A DNA stretch of 64,000 nt, taken from the NCBI GenBank assembly GCA_964646605.1, contig CAZYEX010000108.1:9382-73381 (forward strand), written 5' to 3'. The translations under genes and the position numbers were made by a program. The notes below the pieces were generated by a model, which was given only the letters and a program-made list of their open reading frames with translations, did no database searches and was not told where the DNA came from. Origin of the DNA: an uncultured Phycisphaera sp. Its GTDB lineage: Bacteria > Planctomycetota > Phycisphaerae > UBA1845. Shown here piece by piece: positions 34,352 through 44,062 of the stretch (positions within the stretch are counted from its first letter, which is position 1; the number at the start of each line of letters is the position of its first letter).

Positions 34352-36547
34352 CTACTGCAGATTCACCAGGACCAGAACCAGTCCGCGACCGTCCGCAAGG
34401 CCGGTCATGGCCTTGCCGATGACAGCGCCGTGGGCCCGGGACCCGTCGGCGGCTTTCATGGCGTGACCCAAGGTCGGCGACGTGGTAAGCAGATCGCCGG
34501 GTTCGATGGGACCCGAGCCCGCGTCCGACGTGGCGTCGCACCAACACCAGACCCGCCCGGTAAGTGCCACAAGCTCGGCACCATCGCCGACCGCTTGCCG
34601 GTTGGCCTTCATCACCATGCCCGGAGAGAGCCCATTCGCCCCGCTGATGACCCCCGCGACTTTTCGATCGTAGGGGTCGCTGGAAAGCGTCATGGCGCCG
34701 GGGTTTTGCCGATCAATCACCACGACCATACCCGCGACCGCCTGCGGCCAGTCGTCGGACCCGTCGCTTGCGCTCCGGGTTCGGATTGGCCCCTCGCTTG
34801 CGATCGGGGCTCGGATGGACGAGCGGTCGGTGATTTCGAAGGGCTCGGCCAGGTCGCCGCCGTCGAGGATTTCGAGGGTTCGGACTTTGGCGTGTCCGTC
34901 GGCGAAAAGGGCGTCCCCGCCGCCGTCGTTGCGGAAATACCCGCCCGCGGCGAGGAGGTCGGCGGTGATGCCGACGACGCCGTTTCCGACGGCGGCTTGT
35001 CCTTGAGCGCCTTCGGTGATTCCTCCGAGCCAACCTTGGTTGCCGGCGGCGAGGTTCTGTCCGTAAATGGCGTTGGTTCCGTTGGTGGTTTTGGCGACCA
35101 GCCCCGTGCCGTTGAGGCTCTCCGCCCAAGCCCCTTCGTTGAGTCCCCCGAGCCAGGCCCGGTTGCTGTTTTGGGTCCGTTCGGCGTAGAGGGCTTGGGC
35201 GCCCGTGGCGGTTGTGGCGTAGACTCCCGGCCCGGCACTGCTCGCCCCGTACACCCCGCGGCCCGCACCCGCGTGGTTGCCGAAGACCGCGTATCCCGCG
35301 TCGCTGTCGCAAAGGCCCTGCACGCCGTAGGTTTTTCCGACGTTGCCCGTAGCGTGTCCCAGAACGCCGGAGGCCCCAAGGGTCGTGGAGTTGGTTTCTC
35401 CCTGCACGCCGTAGGAAAGGCCCGTGGATGCGGTGGCGATTCCGAAGACGCCCTGACCGCCGTTGCCGGCGCTCTCCCCATACAGCCCGATGGTGGCGCC
35501 CGCGGAGTTGGTGGCTAACCCCTGAATGGCCTTCGCCCCGGTGATCCCCGAGGCGGTCTCGGCCAGGATCGCCGCCCGCGTTCCCGCTGGGGAGGAATGT
35601 CGGGCGAAGAGGGCCCAACCGTTGGAGTTGGAACAGAGGGCGCGGACGGCGGCTTTGCTGTCGGCGTCGGTCTGACCGCTCACGCCGTCTCCCTGCGGAG
35701 CATAGCCGAAGACGCCGACGCCGGAGGTACTGGCGCTCTCGCCGTAGACCCCGTAGGCAGTGCCCGTGGCGGCTGTCGCTTTTCCGTACAGCCCGCGGCC
35801 GGCGGTGCTGGGACTCTCGCCGAATACGCCGTAGTTGACGGCGGCGGTTCCGTTGACTCGACCATGCACGCCCGCGGCCGATCCGGAGTTCGAGGATGAC
35901 TCTCCGGTAACGCCCGCTCCGCTGCCCGAGGTCGCGGCATGTTGGCCGAGGACCCCGATCCCGCCGCTGCTGGCAGCCACGCCCCACACGCCGAAGGTGG
36001 CCCCGGTGGCAGCCGTCGCCTCACCCAGGACGCCCTGCGCGCCGGCGGTCGCCGAGGAGTTCGAGCCTTGGATGATGGGACTGCCGGCCGCGTTCCCCGT
36101 CAGCGTCAGAGGGTTGGGTACGGCTTGCAAGAAGGCCGAGCTGTCCAGCCCGTCCAGCACGTCGGCGCTTACGGCATGGGGAGCGGCGCTAAGTCGTTGA
36201 CGCGGTGTCAAGATCGTGACATTTACATCCCCGCCGCAGCGCACGCCGACTTGCAGCCATCGCGCTTCGCCCGGAAATGCGGCGGCGCCGAAATCCAGCT
36301 CCACCAGGAACAAGCCGTCCACCACGGTGATGCCGGGCAACACGAGGGTCGAACCGATCTGCGTCCCATCGACGGCGCTGTCGAACAAGGCAAACTGCAT
36401 CTCGCAGTCGGCGTTTTCCGGCACTCCGCCGCGTTTGAGCTGCCCTTGATACGTGAACCCCGTCCCGACGCCCGATCCCCCCACGGCCGCGACGACGGTC
36501 AGCAGAACGTAGCTCCACGCGCTTACGATAACTCTCTTCGCCCTCAT
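34352..36547 (-). CDS. secreted tail-fibre-like protein with Gly-rich beta-helix-type repeats
   Basis: AAGGAG lies upstream of ATG 36547. Signal peptide MRAKRVIVSAWSYVLLTVVAAVG. The N-terminal module GTGFTYQGQLKRGGVP...ARWLQVGVR...PRQRLSAAPHAV is paralogous to 5134..6945. It carries roughly 20 or more repeats of the G(V/I)xGxSxSxxGxGVxG type and a distinct C-terminal module (...VAGVISGANGL...GRVWCWCDA...IEPGDLLTTSPTLGHAMK). Confidence 0.75.
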   Translation of the reverse strand: MRAKRVIVSAWSYVLLTVVAAVGGSGVGTGFTYQGQLKRGGVPENADCEMQFALFDSAVDGTQIGSTLVLPGITVVDGLFLVELDFGAAAFPGEARWLQVGVRCGGDVNVTILTPRQRLSAAPHAVSADVLDGLDSSAFLQAVPNPLTLTGNAAGSPIIQGSNSSATAGAQGVLGEATAATGATFGVWGVAASSGGIGVLGQHAATSGSGAGVTGESSSNSGSAAGVHGRVNGTAAVNYGVFGESPSTAGRGLYGKATAATGTAYGVYGESASTSGVGVFGYAPQGDGVSGQTDADSKAAVRALCSNSNGWALFARHSSPAGTRAAILAETASGITGAKAIQGLATNSAGATIGLYGESAGNGGQGVFGIATASTGLSYGVQGETNSTTLGASGVLGHATGNVGKTYGVQGLCDSDAGYAVFGNHAGAGRGVYGASSAGPGVYATTATGAQALYAERTQNSNRAWLGGLNEGAWAESLNGTGLVAKTTNGTNAIYGQNLAAGNQGWLGGITEGAQGQAAVGNGVVGITADLLAAGGYFRNDGGGDALFADGHAKVRTLEILDGGDLAEPFEITDRSSIRAPIASEGPIRTRSASDGSDDWPQAVAGMVVVIDRQNPGAMTLSSDPYDRKVAGVISGANGLSPGMVMKANRQAVGDGAELVALTGRVWCWCDATSDAGSGPIEPGDLLTTSPTLGHAMKAADGSRAHGAVIGKAMTGLADGRGLVLVLVNLQ

Positions 36548-36659
36548 GGTGTGCGCACTCCTTTCGCCTCGATATGCATTGTACGCCCCGAATCGCCGCC
36601 GGGCAGGGCCGGTCATGGCGTCGAGAGATCGTGTTATCGGGCGGGCGGCGGGTTGGAAA

Positions 36660-37241
36660 TCAGAGGGTTTCGACGAAAACGGCTTTGCCGCGAAGGGCAC
36701 GCATGTGGGATCGGACCTGTTCACCGACCTGTTCGGCCCCGGCCACCCCGTCGATGGTCACCTGCCGATCGGTCAAGTCGGTGGACAGCAACGAAATGGT
36801 GCCCAGACCGAAGACGCGATCGAAGAGCGTCTTTTGCACGCGGACGTCGTCAATGCGGATTAGTTCCGTCTGGTCGATGGTCCTGCTGAGGATGCCGGTC
36901 TCGATGAACAGTCGCTGCGTGGTGAGGCGATAGCGCCGACCGAGGATGTGCAAGAAAACTCGCGTGAGCAGCAAACCGCCGGTAATCAGAAGAATCGTCA
37001 GGACGATCCAAAACGCCCGCGCGGCCGTGAGCCACGGCGAGGAAGAAGCAATCCAAGAGATCGCCACGGTGGCGGTGACGTTCATCGCCGCCCAGAGCGT
37101 CACGCGGCCGATGTAGTGTTTCCAACTGGTTCGTCCGACCCAAAGGTCCGTCTCGGGCGGCGTGGGCTGCGGACCGGATGCACCGGGTTGGGTGGGTCGG
37201 GGGCCGGCAAACGCCGGACTGGTCTCGTTGGCCGTTTCCAT
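36660..37241 (-). CDS. membrane PH-domain protein (bPH_2/YdbS-YdbT-like)
   Basis: Two TM helices followed by RRYRLTTQRLFIETGILSRTIDQTELIRIDDVRVQKTLFDRVFGLGTISL, the bacterial PH (DUF304) signature. Confidence 0.7.
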   Translation of the reverse strand: METANETSPAFAGPRPTQPGASGPQPTPPETDLWVGRTSWKHYIGRVTLWAAMNVTATVAISWIASSSPWLTAARAFWIVLTILLITGGLLLTRVFLHILGRRYRLTTQRLFIETGILSRTIDQTELIRIDDVRVQKTLFDRVFGLGTISLLSTDLTDRQVTIDGVAGAEQVGEQVRSHMRALRGKAVFVETL

Positions 37242-37326
37242 GTCGTCACTCCTTTGACGGTCCACATGGTACCGTGCCTGGGACGTGGAGTGCAACAGCA
37301 CGGTCTTGGGGAGCGCCTGCAACGGG

Positions 37327-37367
37327 TCCGCGGGCTTGCCCTTGACGCCTCGCGGAAAGGGGAGCCG
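37327..37367. repeat. 41-nt dispersed repeat, family 2 (TCCGCGGGCTTGCCCTTGAnGCnTCGCGnAAAGGGGAGCCG)
   Basis: Matches 57753-57793 at 38 of 41 positions by my direct comparison. A more diverged copy lies near 58268-58300. Confidence 0.75.
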
Positions 37368-37429
37368 TCCGCGGCTCTGTGGGGTGCGCTCCTTTTGACG
37401 TTGCCGCGTTTCCGCCCGACGATGTCCGT

Positions 37430-38713
37430 ATGAACGTCCTGGTCATCGGCGGCGGGGGGCGCGAGCATGTCATCGCTCACTTGTTGGCGCAGTCGCGGCG
37501 GGTGTCGCGTGTGTTTTGTGCTCCGGGCAACGCGGGCACGGCGGAGGTGGCTGAGAACGTGGCCGTCGAGGCTACGGACATCGACGGGTTGATCCGTCTC
37601 GCCCGCCAACATTCCGTCGGGCTTACGGTGGTAGGGCCCGAGGCGCCGCTCTGCGCGGGGATCGTGGACCGGTTTGCGGCCGAGGGGCTTCGCATCTTCG
37701 GTCCGACGGCGGCGGCGGCGCGGATCGAGGGGGACAAGGCCTATGCCAAGCGGCTCATGATACACGCCCATGTGCCCACGGCGGAGGCGCGGATTTTCAC
37801 CCGCTTCGCCGACGCCCAGGCCTATGTGGCCACGCGGGAAACGGGAATGGTGGTCAAGGCCGCCGGGCTTGCGGCGGGAAAAGGGGTCACGGTCTGTCCC
37901 GATCCGGCGGATGCGTTGCCGGCCATCGAGCGCATGATGGTCAAGCGCGAGTTCGGGGCCGCCGGAGACACCGTGGTCGTGGAGGAACTGCTCAAGGGAC
38001 AGGAGCTTTCGATCCATGCGCTGGTGGACGATCGTACGGTGTACGTTCTGGAATCGGCGCAGGATCACAAGGCCGTCGGAGACGGCGATACCGGTCCCAA
38101 CACGGGCGGGATGGGGGCCTACAGCCCGGCCCTCATCGCCACGCCCGAGGTTTATCGCGTCGTGGAGCGCGACGTCCTGGTTCCCATCGTGGATGCTCTT
38201 CGCGGCGACGGGGCCCCCTATCGCGGCGCATTGTACGTGGGTCTGATGCTCACCGCGGGGGGGCCGAAGGTGTTGGAGTTCAACTGCCGGTTCGGCGACC
38301 CCGAGGCCCAGGTGCTGCTCACGCGATTGGACTGCGATTTGCTGGACGTGCTCGAAGCGGTGGTCGAGGGGCGACTGTCGGACGTTGACATTCGGTGGAA
38401 ACCGCTGGCGAGTGTCTGCGTGGTGATGACCTCGCGTGGATATCCGGGTTCGTATGAGACGGGCAAGGTGATCGAAGGCCTGGACCTCGCAGGGCAGATG
38501 CCCGACGTACACGTCTTTCACGCGGGCACGAGACAAATCGAGCACTTGACCGTGTCCACGGGCGGTCGTGTCCTGGCGGTGACAGCCTTGGGCACCGACA
38601 TCGCCGACGCCCAGGCCCGCGCCTACCGGGCCGTGGAACGCATCCATTTCGACAACGCCTACTATCGACGGGACATCGCCCGGAAGGCGCTGGTCCCGAC
38701 CTTAAGCCCGTAA
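37430..38713 (+). CDS. purD: phosphoribosylamine--glycine ligase
   Basis: MNVLVIGGGGREHVIAHLLAQS..., ATP-grasp core, VLEFNCRFGDPE. Confidence 0.93.
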   Translation: MNVLVIGGGGREHVIAHLLAQSRRVSRVFCAPGNAGTAEVAENVAVEATDIDGLIRLARQHSVGLTVVGPEAPLCAGIVDRFAAEGLRIFGPTAAAARIEGDKAYAKRLMIHAHVPTAEARIFTRFADAQAYVATRETGMVVKAAGLAAGKGVTVCPDPADALPAIERMMVKREFGAAGDTVVVEELLKGQELSIHALVDDRTVYVLESAQDHKAVGDGDTGPNTGGMGAYSPALIATPEVYRVVERDVLVPIVDALRGDGAPYRGALYVGLMLTAGGPKVLEFNCRFGDPEAQVLLTRLDCDLLDVLEAVVEGRLSDVDIRWKPLASVCVVMTSRGYPGSYETGKVIEGLDLAGQMPDVHVFHAGTRQIEHLTVSTGGRVLAVTALGTDIADAQARAYRAVERIHFDNAYYRRDIARKALVPTLSP

Positions 38714-39059
38714 AGTGCGACTGCGTGAGATCGCGCCGTCTGTCTTGCGTGGCATGCGTTGGCACCACCCCGAGTTCGGGAAGAGTCACGTCCGTGTGGC
38801 CTAGCGGAGCAGTCCGGCACTCAAAGACGTGCTGCAACTGTCGGAATTATCGAGAATGGGACTTGGCGCGGGTCGATAATGAGGTACGTTGAGAACAAGA
38901 TGTCGCCTCGATTTCCATCTGAAGATATCCAACCAAACACGATTCGCACGACAAGACGTACTCTGAGCATTTGGGCTTCGGTTACCGTGCCAATCGGAGT
39001 GATCTCAAGAGTGTCGGTGTGTCTCCGTAGCGCCCCGGAATGACTATCGGAGGTGTAGA

Positions 39060-39512
39060 ATGAGAACGAAAATGGGTTCTGTTGGGTTGGTCGGTTTCCT
39101 CCTTATGACTTTGAGCACAGCGTTGCTCTGGTTTCCGGGATCGCGGCAGCGGGGCATCGAGCGCGCGATGGGGGACCCTGGAGGAGGCGGGGGCATCTGT
39201 TTGGTTGGAAGCTGTAAGAAGATCGTCGGGCAGAACGGCGGGTGCCTTGCGGTCGAGTGCTGTGGAGGGGACGTGACCTACTGCCCCGGGGTCCTGCATT
39301 CTCCGGTTCCGGTCCCCAAATACAAGACCCCGCCTGCCGGTGTCACTGGAATCTGTGTCATTTTCGACGGGCCAAACACGAACGAGTGCCTCGTCCAGGA
39401 TTGCGGAGGCGCCACGTTGTGTTCCGAAGGCACTTGCAGTCCGGTCGGTGATCAATCCTACACGCAGGTACCGACCGCGACCGCTCATGGCGGTTGTCTA
39501 ATGGCAAATTAG
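39060..39512 (+). CDS. small secreted cysteine-rich protein (150 aa, 13 Cys in the Cys-rich region after the signal peptide)
   Basis: GGAGGTG SD. Hydrophobic N-terminal signal/anchor, then GICLVGSCKK...GGCLAVECCGGDVTYCPG...GICVIF...NECLVQDCGGATLCSEGTCSP. It follows a ~350-nt lower-GC non-coding stretch. Confidence 0.6.
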   Translation: MRTKMGSVGLVGFLLMTLSTALLWFPGSRQRGIERAMGDPGGGGGICLVGSCKKIVGQNGGCLAVECCGGDVTYCPGVLHSPVPVPKYKTPPAGVTGICVIFDGPNTNECLVQDCGGATLCSEGTCSPVGDQSYTQVPTATAHGGCLMAN

Positions 39513-39527
39513 TTAGCGGAGATTTTC

Positions 39528-40931
39528 ATGTCGCTGGCCGGCGCGCTGACCTCGCTGTGTGTCCTGTGGATGCAGACGGAGAGTGCCTACCCGCGCCAAC
39601 TTGAGGCGGTGGTCGCCCAAGCGCCGTGGCGCACGTCCCAGTTGGAGTGGACCGTCACCTGGGTCGGCGGGAACGACGAGGGACTCGTCGAGCGATATGT
39701 GACCCGTACGGCCGGGGACACGGTGTGGGAGAGCAACCAAGGGGACGAAAACGGGTTCCACCCGGCGCGTTTTCGAAATGCCCCGCCCGGCGAATACGAC
39801 GAAAATAAGCGCGCCTACGCGATCCCCAGGGACGAACTGGCGGGGACGCAGAACACATTGCGCGCCGAGGGTCAGTTGTGGCGCCTGGAATACGCGGAAA
39901 AACCCCACACCGGATTACTCACCCCCGACACGGAGCGGCGAGCGTACACACCCGTCGACGTCAAGGGGATGGGGCTCATGCCCGCTTTCGACGGCGCGCT
40001 TGCCGGGCGGACCCCCATCGCGCTTCCCTACGTCGCCGCCGACGCATTCGATTCCGCCGTTTTTGCGACTCGAACGGAGGGGGTACGTTCCGTCGTTGAA
40101 GCGACTTTCGGGGAGTACCGTCTGGCTTGGGACTTTGACGATGCGCAGGGCGGACAACCGGTGCGAGCGCAGCTCTATCGTAACGATGCCTTGCAATACT
40201 ACTCCGAGTCGGAATACGGGTCCGTAAACGGACGGTGGATTCCCACGAGCGTGCGATTCTATCGCGGCGACGACAAAACTCCGTATAAGATCGTGGCTGT
40301 CCAGCGGGCCACCTTTGACGAACCCAGTCATCTGCAGGAGATCACCCCGAGTGACATTGGGGCGCTGCGCGGGACCATGTTTACTACGCCGACCGGGGCG
40401 ATGGTGTGGACCGGCGTCGACCTCGTCGATCAGGACGAATACGCGAATATGGACGGTGTGTATGGCATTCTGCCCGATTCCTGCCTCCTGGAGGATGCCG
40501 CCAAGAGGCTCGGCATGAGCGTCGACGAGTACGTTCAGCTTCAGGGAAGACAGAGGGATCTCTTCCGCGAGGTCTACGCGAAGAACCACGGGGAGCGCCC
40601 GTGGTTGGAAGTGGAGAAGAAGAGGAAGAAGGAAAAGGACGACTGGGACGTTTACGTTGAGAAGTTCCTGGCCGAGCACAAACTGCCCGAGCCCGCGATC
40701 GCAAAAGCTCGCGAGATCCTCGATCAAGCGAAGTCCATGCGTGATGCCCGTAGGCGACATCATGCCGCGCGGGTGCGCGAAGCGAAGAACGAAAACGATC
40801 AGCGCAAGATCCAGTACTATGAGAAACTTGAAAAACGCCTTTTTGAGGGCGTCCTCGTTCGGCCGCTGAACAAGCTTCTTCCCGACAAACGACCGGAGGT
40901 TGCCAGGCAGCCCGAAAGCGGATCACCGTAG
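39528..40931 (+). CDS. hypothetical protein (467 aa) with a Lys/Glu/Arg-rich helical C-terminus
   Basis: GGAG lies 6 nt upstream of the ATG, which is 15 nt after the Cys-rich ORF. I am confident of no domain; the central region is only vaguely LolA/RseB-like. Confidence 0.6.
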   Translation: MSLAGALTSLCVLWMQTESAYPRQLEAVVAQAPWRTSQLEWTVTWVGGNDEGLVERYVTRTAGDTVWESNQGDENGFHPARFRNAPPGEYDENKRAYAIPRDELAGTQNTLRAEGQLWRLEYAEKPHTGLLTPDTERRAYTPVDVKGMGLMPAFDGALAGRTPIALPYVAADAFDSAVFATRTEGVRSVVEATFGEYRLAWDFDDAQGGQPVRAQLYRNDALQYYSESEYGSVNGRWIPTSVRFYRGDDKTPYKIVAVQRATFDEPSHLQEITPSDIGALRGTMFTTPTGAMVWTGVDLVDQDEYANMDGVYGILPDSCLLEDAAKRLGMSVDEYVQLQGRQRDLFREVYAKNHGERPWLEVEKKRKKEKDDWDVYVEKFLAEHKLPEPAIAKAREILDQAKSMRDARRRHHAARVREAKNENDQRKIQYYEKLEKRLFEGVLVRPLNKLLPDKRPEVARQPESGSP

Positions 40932-40990
40932 AGGACCCAGGCGGGTCGCTTCGTCTTGGACCCTTTGGCACAGGCGGTCGTCGCGACGAA

Positions 40991-41173
40991 TCAGGGACCT
41001 ACGAGGTTAAAGGCCCCGAAGACGAAGCTGCTGATCAAACTGTTGGCGATGTACGTGACCAGTCCGCCGGCCAAGGCGTTGGTGTCCAGACCGCAACCGT
41101 TGGCCTGAAAAAGCATCCCCGCGCCCAGCAGCGGAACCGTACGTCGAAGCAGCGAATAGAAGCGATTCGTCAT
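40991..41173 (-). CDS. small (60 aa) secreted/lipoprotein-like peptide
   Basis: GAGGAG SD upstream of ATG 41173. MTNRFYSLLRRTVPLLGAGMLFQANGCGLD... has a possible lipobox (ANGC) and ends ...FNLVGP. Confidence 0.45.
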   Translation of the reverse strand: MTNRFYSLLRRTVPLLGAGMLFQANGCGLDTNALAGGLVTYIANSLISSFVFGAFNLVGP

Positions 41174-41217
41174 GAGAGACGTTCTCCTCGTGAAATCCGC
41201 GCGACGCCCTGGCCGCG

Positions 41218-42477
41218 CTAGTTCGGCCCCGTTTCGGCGGTTTTCTCCTGCGGGGCGGTGAGCGGGACCAGTTCCCGCGCGATATAGATGGGGATCGGGT
41301 TGACCCCGCCGGTCTGGATTCGTTGGGCGGAGGCTCGGACCCCCACCCATTGACCGAGGAACGGACCGACGTCGAGCCCCGAGTCCTGTGCGATTTCCAC
41401 GTAGCCGATGGTGCGGTCGTTCTTGTCCGAGGGGTCCACGAGCCGGTATCGCGGCGTGGGGGAATCGGGCGGATAAAGGGCGCTGATGCGCAGCTCGCCC
41501 TGAATCTCCACGCCGGTGGGCGGTGTAAACGGGATCGGCTCGGGGATGAGGTTCCGGGCGGCGAGGAAGTCTCGACGCTTGCTGAGCCCCTTCTCATCGA
41601 GCCCGCGGACGCGGTCGATCGCTTCGGTCAGGGAGGCCAAGTCGCCGACCTGCACCAGCCGGGCCTTGGCATACTCGCGGGCGAAGTCGTCTTCGGTTTG
41701 CCCGGCAATGGGTTCATAGCGGGCAGCCATGGGGGCGAAGCGCCGTTCGAGGACCGGTTTGGAAAGCTCCGCGCGAGCGGCCACGTCGATCTCTTCCAAT
41801 TGCCGACGCCACGTGGTTGTCGCCGCCCCGACCATGGGGGAGGAGAGTTTCCTTGCCGATTCCGCCGCCGAGGAGCTGACCGCGGGCGGGACTCCCACAA
41901 CGCCCTCCAACGGCTGAGATGTGGGCGGTGTGGGGGATTCGGCGCTGGACTCGATGGTCGATCCTCCACGCATCCCCACAAAGTTCTTGTGGATCCAAAG
42001 GGTGGCCCCCGCGGGAGGTTTGATCCTCACGAACCCGTCCGGGTTGCGGCCAAAGATGGTCACCTCGGTTCCCTTGGCGACGAGGGTTTGCACGGTGTAC
42101 TTGTTCTCGTTGAGCAGGGAGCCGGCGCGGACGCGGACGTTATCCCCGTTGATCACCCCCGATTGATTGTCGGCGGTGTCCACGAAATCGCCGGAGACCA
42201 GGCTGAAGGTCCCGGGCGGCGGGACGATTTCGTACCACTCGCCGCGCTCGCCGACGACCGACACCTGGTCGCCGGCTTGGAGTTTGCAGATGGTGTAATG
42301 GTTGAGACTGTCGCCGCTGCGGACGTAGACATCGTTGGCGTTGATGGAACCCACGCCGACGACGCCCCGCGTCTCGCCCGCGGATTGACCCATCGCCAGC
42401 GCCGGCAAGAACGCCGGCAAAGCCGCTGCGATGAATACCATCGCGTTTCTTTCGATTCTTTTTCGGTTGATGTGCAT
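41218..42477 (-). CDS. secreted protein with two bacterial SH3 domains
   Basis: The signal peptide ends ALAMGQ. SH3b-like units: INANDVYVRSGDSLNHYTICKLQAGDQVSVVGERGEWYEI and INGDNVRVRAGSLLNENKYTVQTLVAKGTEVTIFGRNPDGFVRI. Confidence 0.7.
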   Translation of the reverse strand: MHINRKRIERNAMVFIAAALPAFLPALAMGQSAGETRGVVGVGSINANDVYVRSGDSLNHYTICKLQAGDQVSVVGERGEWYEIVPPPGTFSLVSGDFVDTADNQSGVINGDNVRVRAGSLLNENKYTVQTLVAKGTEVTIFGRNPDGFVRIKPPAGATLWIHKNFVGMRGGSTIESSAESPTPPTSQPLEGVVGVPPAVSSSAAESARKLSSPMVGAATTTWRRQLEEIDVAARAELSKPVLERRFAPMAARYEPIAGQTEDDFAREYAKARLVQVGDLASLTEAIDRVRGLDEKGLSKRRDFLAARNLIPEPIPFTPPTGVEIQGELRISALYPPDSPTPRYRLVDPSDKNDRTIGYVEIAQDSGLDVGPFLGQWVGVRASAQRIQTGGVNPIPIYIARELVPLTAPQEKTAETGPN

Positions 42478-42625
42478 GGTTGGCGATCCTTCGTCCTTGT
42501 GGTTCGGTTTTCCCTCCCGAATACAACGTGCGGTACGCTACCCTCCGCGTCGAAGGATGTCAATCATTTTTTGCGGAACGGACCCATTCAAGACCGCCCT
42601 GCGGACCGGGTATACTGCCCGGTCG

Positions 42626-44062
42626 ATGATGGCTTCCCCACTCACCGCGGTGGATGTGATTTTTCAACCGTTGGACGTGCCCGTCACGGTCGAGGAGGCC
42701 TTGTCGGCCTTTTCGACCTGTGAGCAATGGGTGGCCCTGGAAAGCTCCCTATCCGGCGGGGCGTACGGAGGGTTCACCATTTTGGCCGCCGATCCGGTGA
42801 TGACCGTGGAACTCGCCGCGCCGCCGAGGGGCTGTCCGTGGCGGTACCTGAGGGACCGTTTGGACGGTATTAAGGCGCCCATGATTCGATCGACCCCGGT
42901 GCCCTTCGCCGGGGGATGGATCGGATTTTTCGGTTATGAGCTGGGTGCCGTCTCCGAGGGGGCGGGGAGTGCGAAACCCGACGCCCACCGGATGCCGTCG
43001 GCTCGCCTGGGGTTGTTCGACACGGCCGCGGTGTACGACCATGAATGCCGGCAGTGGTATACGGTGGCGGTCGAATGGGCGGAAGGGACATTCCTTCACT
43101 GCCCATCGGCGTCCCGGCGGCTTGCAACCCTTAGAGGGCGACTGATCCGGGCCACGGAAGACCCGGTCGTCGATTCGCCGCGCCCCCTGACGACGACGCC
43201 GGTTCCCGACATGTCGCATGCTTCGTACCTCGCCAACATCGGACGAATCAAACGCTACATCGAGGCCGGTGACGTGTACCAGGTGAACCTCACCCAGCGG
43301 TTCGCGGCGCGGACCACGGCCTCACCGTTCCAGCTCTACCAGCGGTTGCGGAAGACAAGCCCCGCCTCGCACGGAGCGATTTTGGTTTGGCCGGGCGCAG
43401 CCGTGATTTCTTCCTCGCCGGAGCTGTTTTGGGATCTTCGCGGTCGGCGAGTGGTGACGCGTCCCATCAAAGGGACTCGCCCGCGGTCGTCCGATCCGCT
43501 GCGGGATCGACGGCTTCGCGCCGAGTTGGCAGCCAGCGAAAAGGATCGCGCCGAGTTGATCATGATCGTGGATGTGCTCCGCAATGATCTGGGTCGGGTT
43601 TGTTCGATGGGCAGCATTCGCGTGCCGCAGCCGTCGCAGATCGAGGCCTATTCGACCGTCTATCACCAGGTCGCCACCATCGAGGGCGAGTTGAAACCCG
43701 AACTGGGTTGGGCGGACCTTCTGCAAGCCACGTTCCCCGGCGGGTCGATCACCGGGGCCCCGAAAATCCGGGCCATGCAGATCATCGACGAATTGGAGCC
43801 GACCGCCCGCGGGGTCTACTGTGGGTCGATCGGATGGATCGGCCTTGGCGGCGACGCCTCCTTCAACATCGCCATCCGCACGCTGGTCCAGCGCCGCGAC
43901 CGCGTGCATCTGTACGCGGGCGGGGGGATCGTCGCGGACAGCGATCCGGAGGAGGAATACGAAGAGGTTCTGGCGAAACTCAAGGGAATGCTTCTGGCGC
44001 TGAACGCCGGTGAGCCTCGTAAGTCCCATGTGGCCCGACGCCGTACAGTGACAGTATCGTGA
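42626..44062 (+). CDS. pabB: aminodeoxychorismate synthase component I (chorismate-binding enzyme)
   Basis: GDVYQVNLTQRF, SPELFW, IKGTRPR, ELIMIVDVLRNDLGRV, FPGGSITGAPK. Followed by pabC. The start is uncertain: ATG 42626 was chosen, with ATG 42557 as an alternative. Confidence 0.8.
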   Translation: MMASPLTAVDVIFQPLDVPVTVEEALSAFSTCEQWVALESSLSGGAYGGFTILAADPVMTVELAAPPRGCPWRYLRDRLDGIKAPMIRSTPVPFAGGWIGFFGYELGAVSEGAGSAKPDAHRMPSARLGLFDTAAVYDHECRQWYTVAVEWAEGTFLHCPSASRRLATLRGRLIRATEDPVVDSPRPLTTTPVPDMSHASYLANIGRIKRYIEAGDVYQVNLTQRFAARTTASPFQLYQRLRKTSPASHGAILVWPGAAVISSSPELFWDLRGRRVVTRPIKGTRPRSSDPLRDRRLRAELAASEKDRAELIMIVDVLRNDLGRVCSMGSIRVPQPSQIEAYSTVYHQVATIEGELKPELGWADLLQATFPGGSITGAPKIRAMQIIDELEPTARGVYCGSIGWIGLGGDASFNIAIRTLVQRRDRVHLYAGGGIVADSDPEEEYEEVLAKLKGMLLALNAGEPRKSHVARRRTVTVS

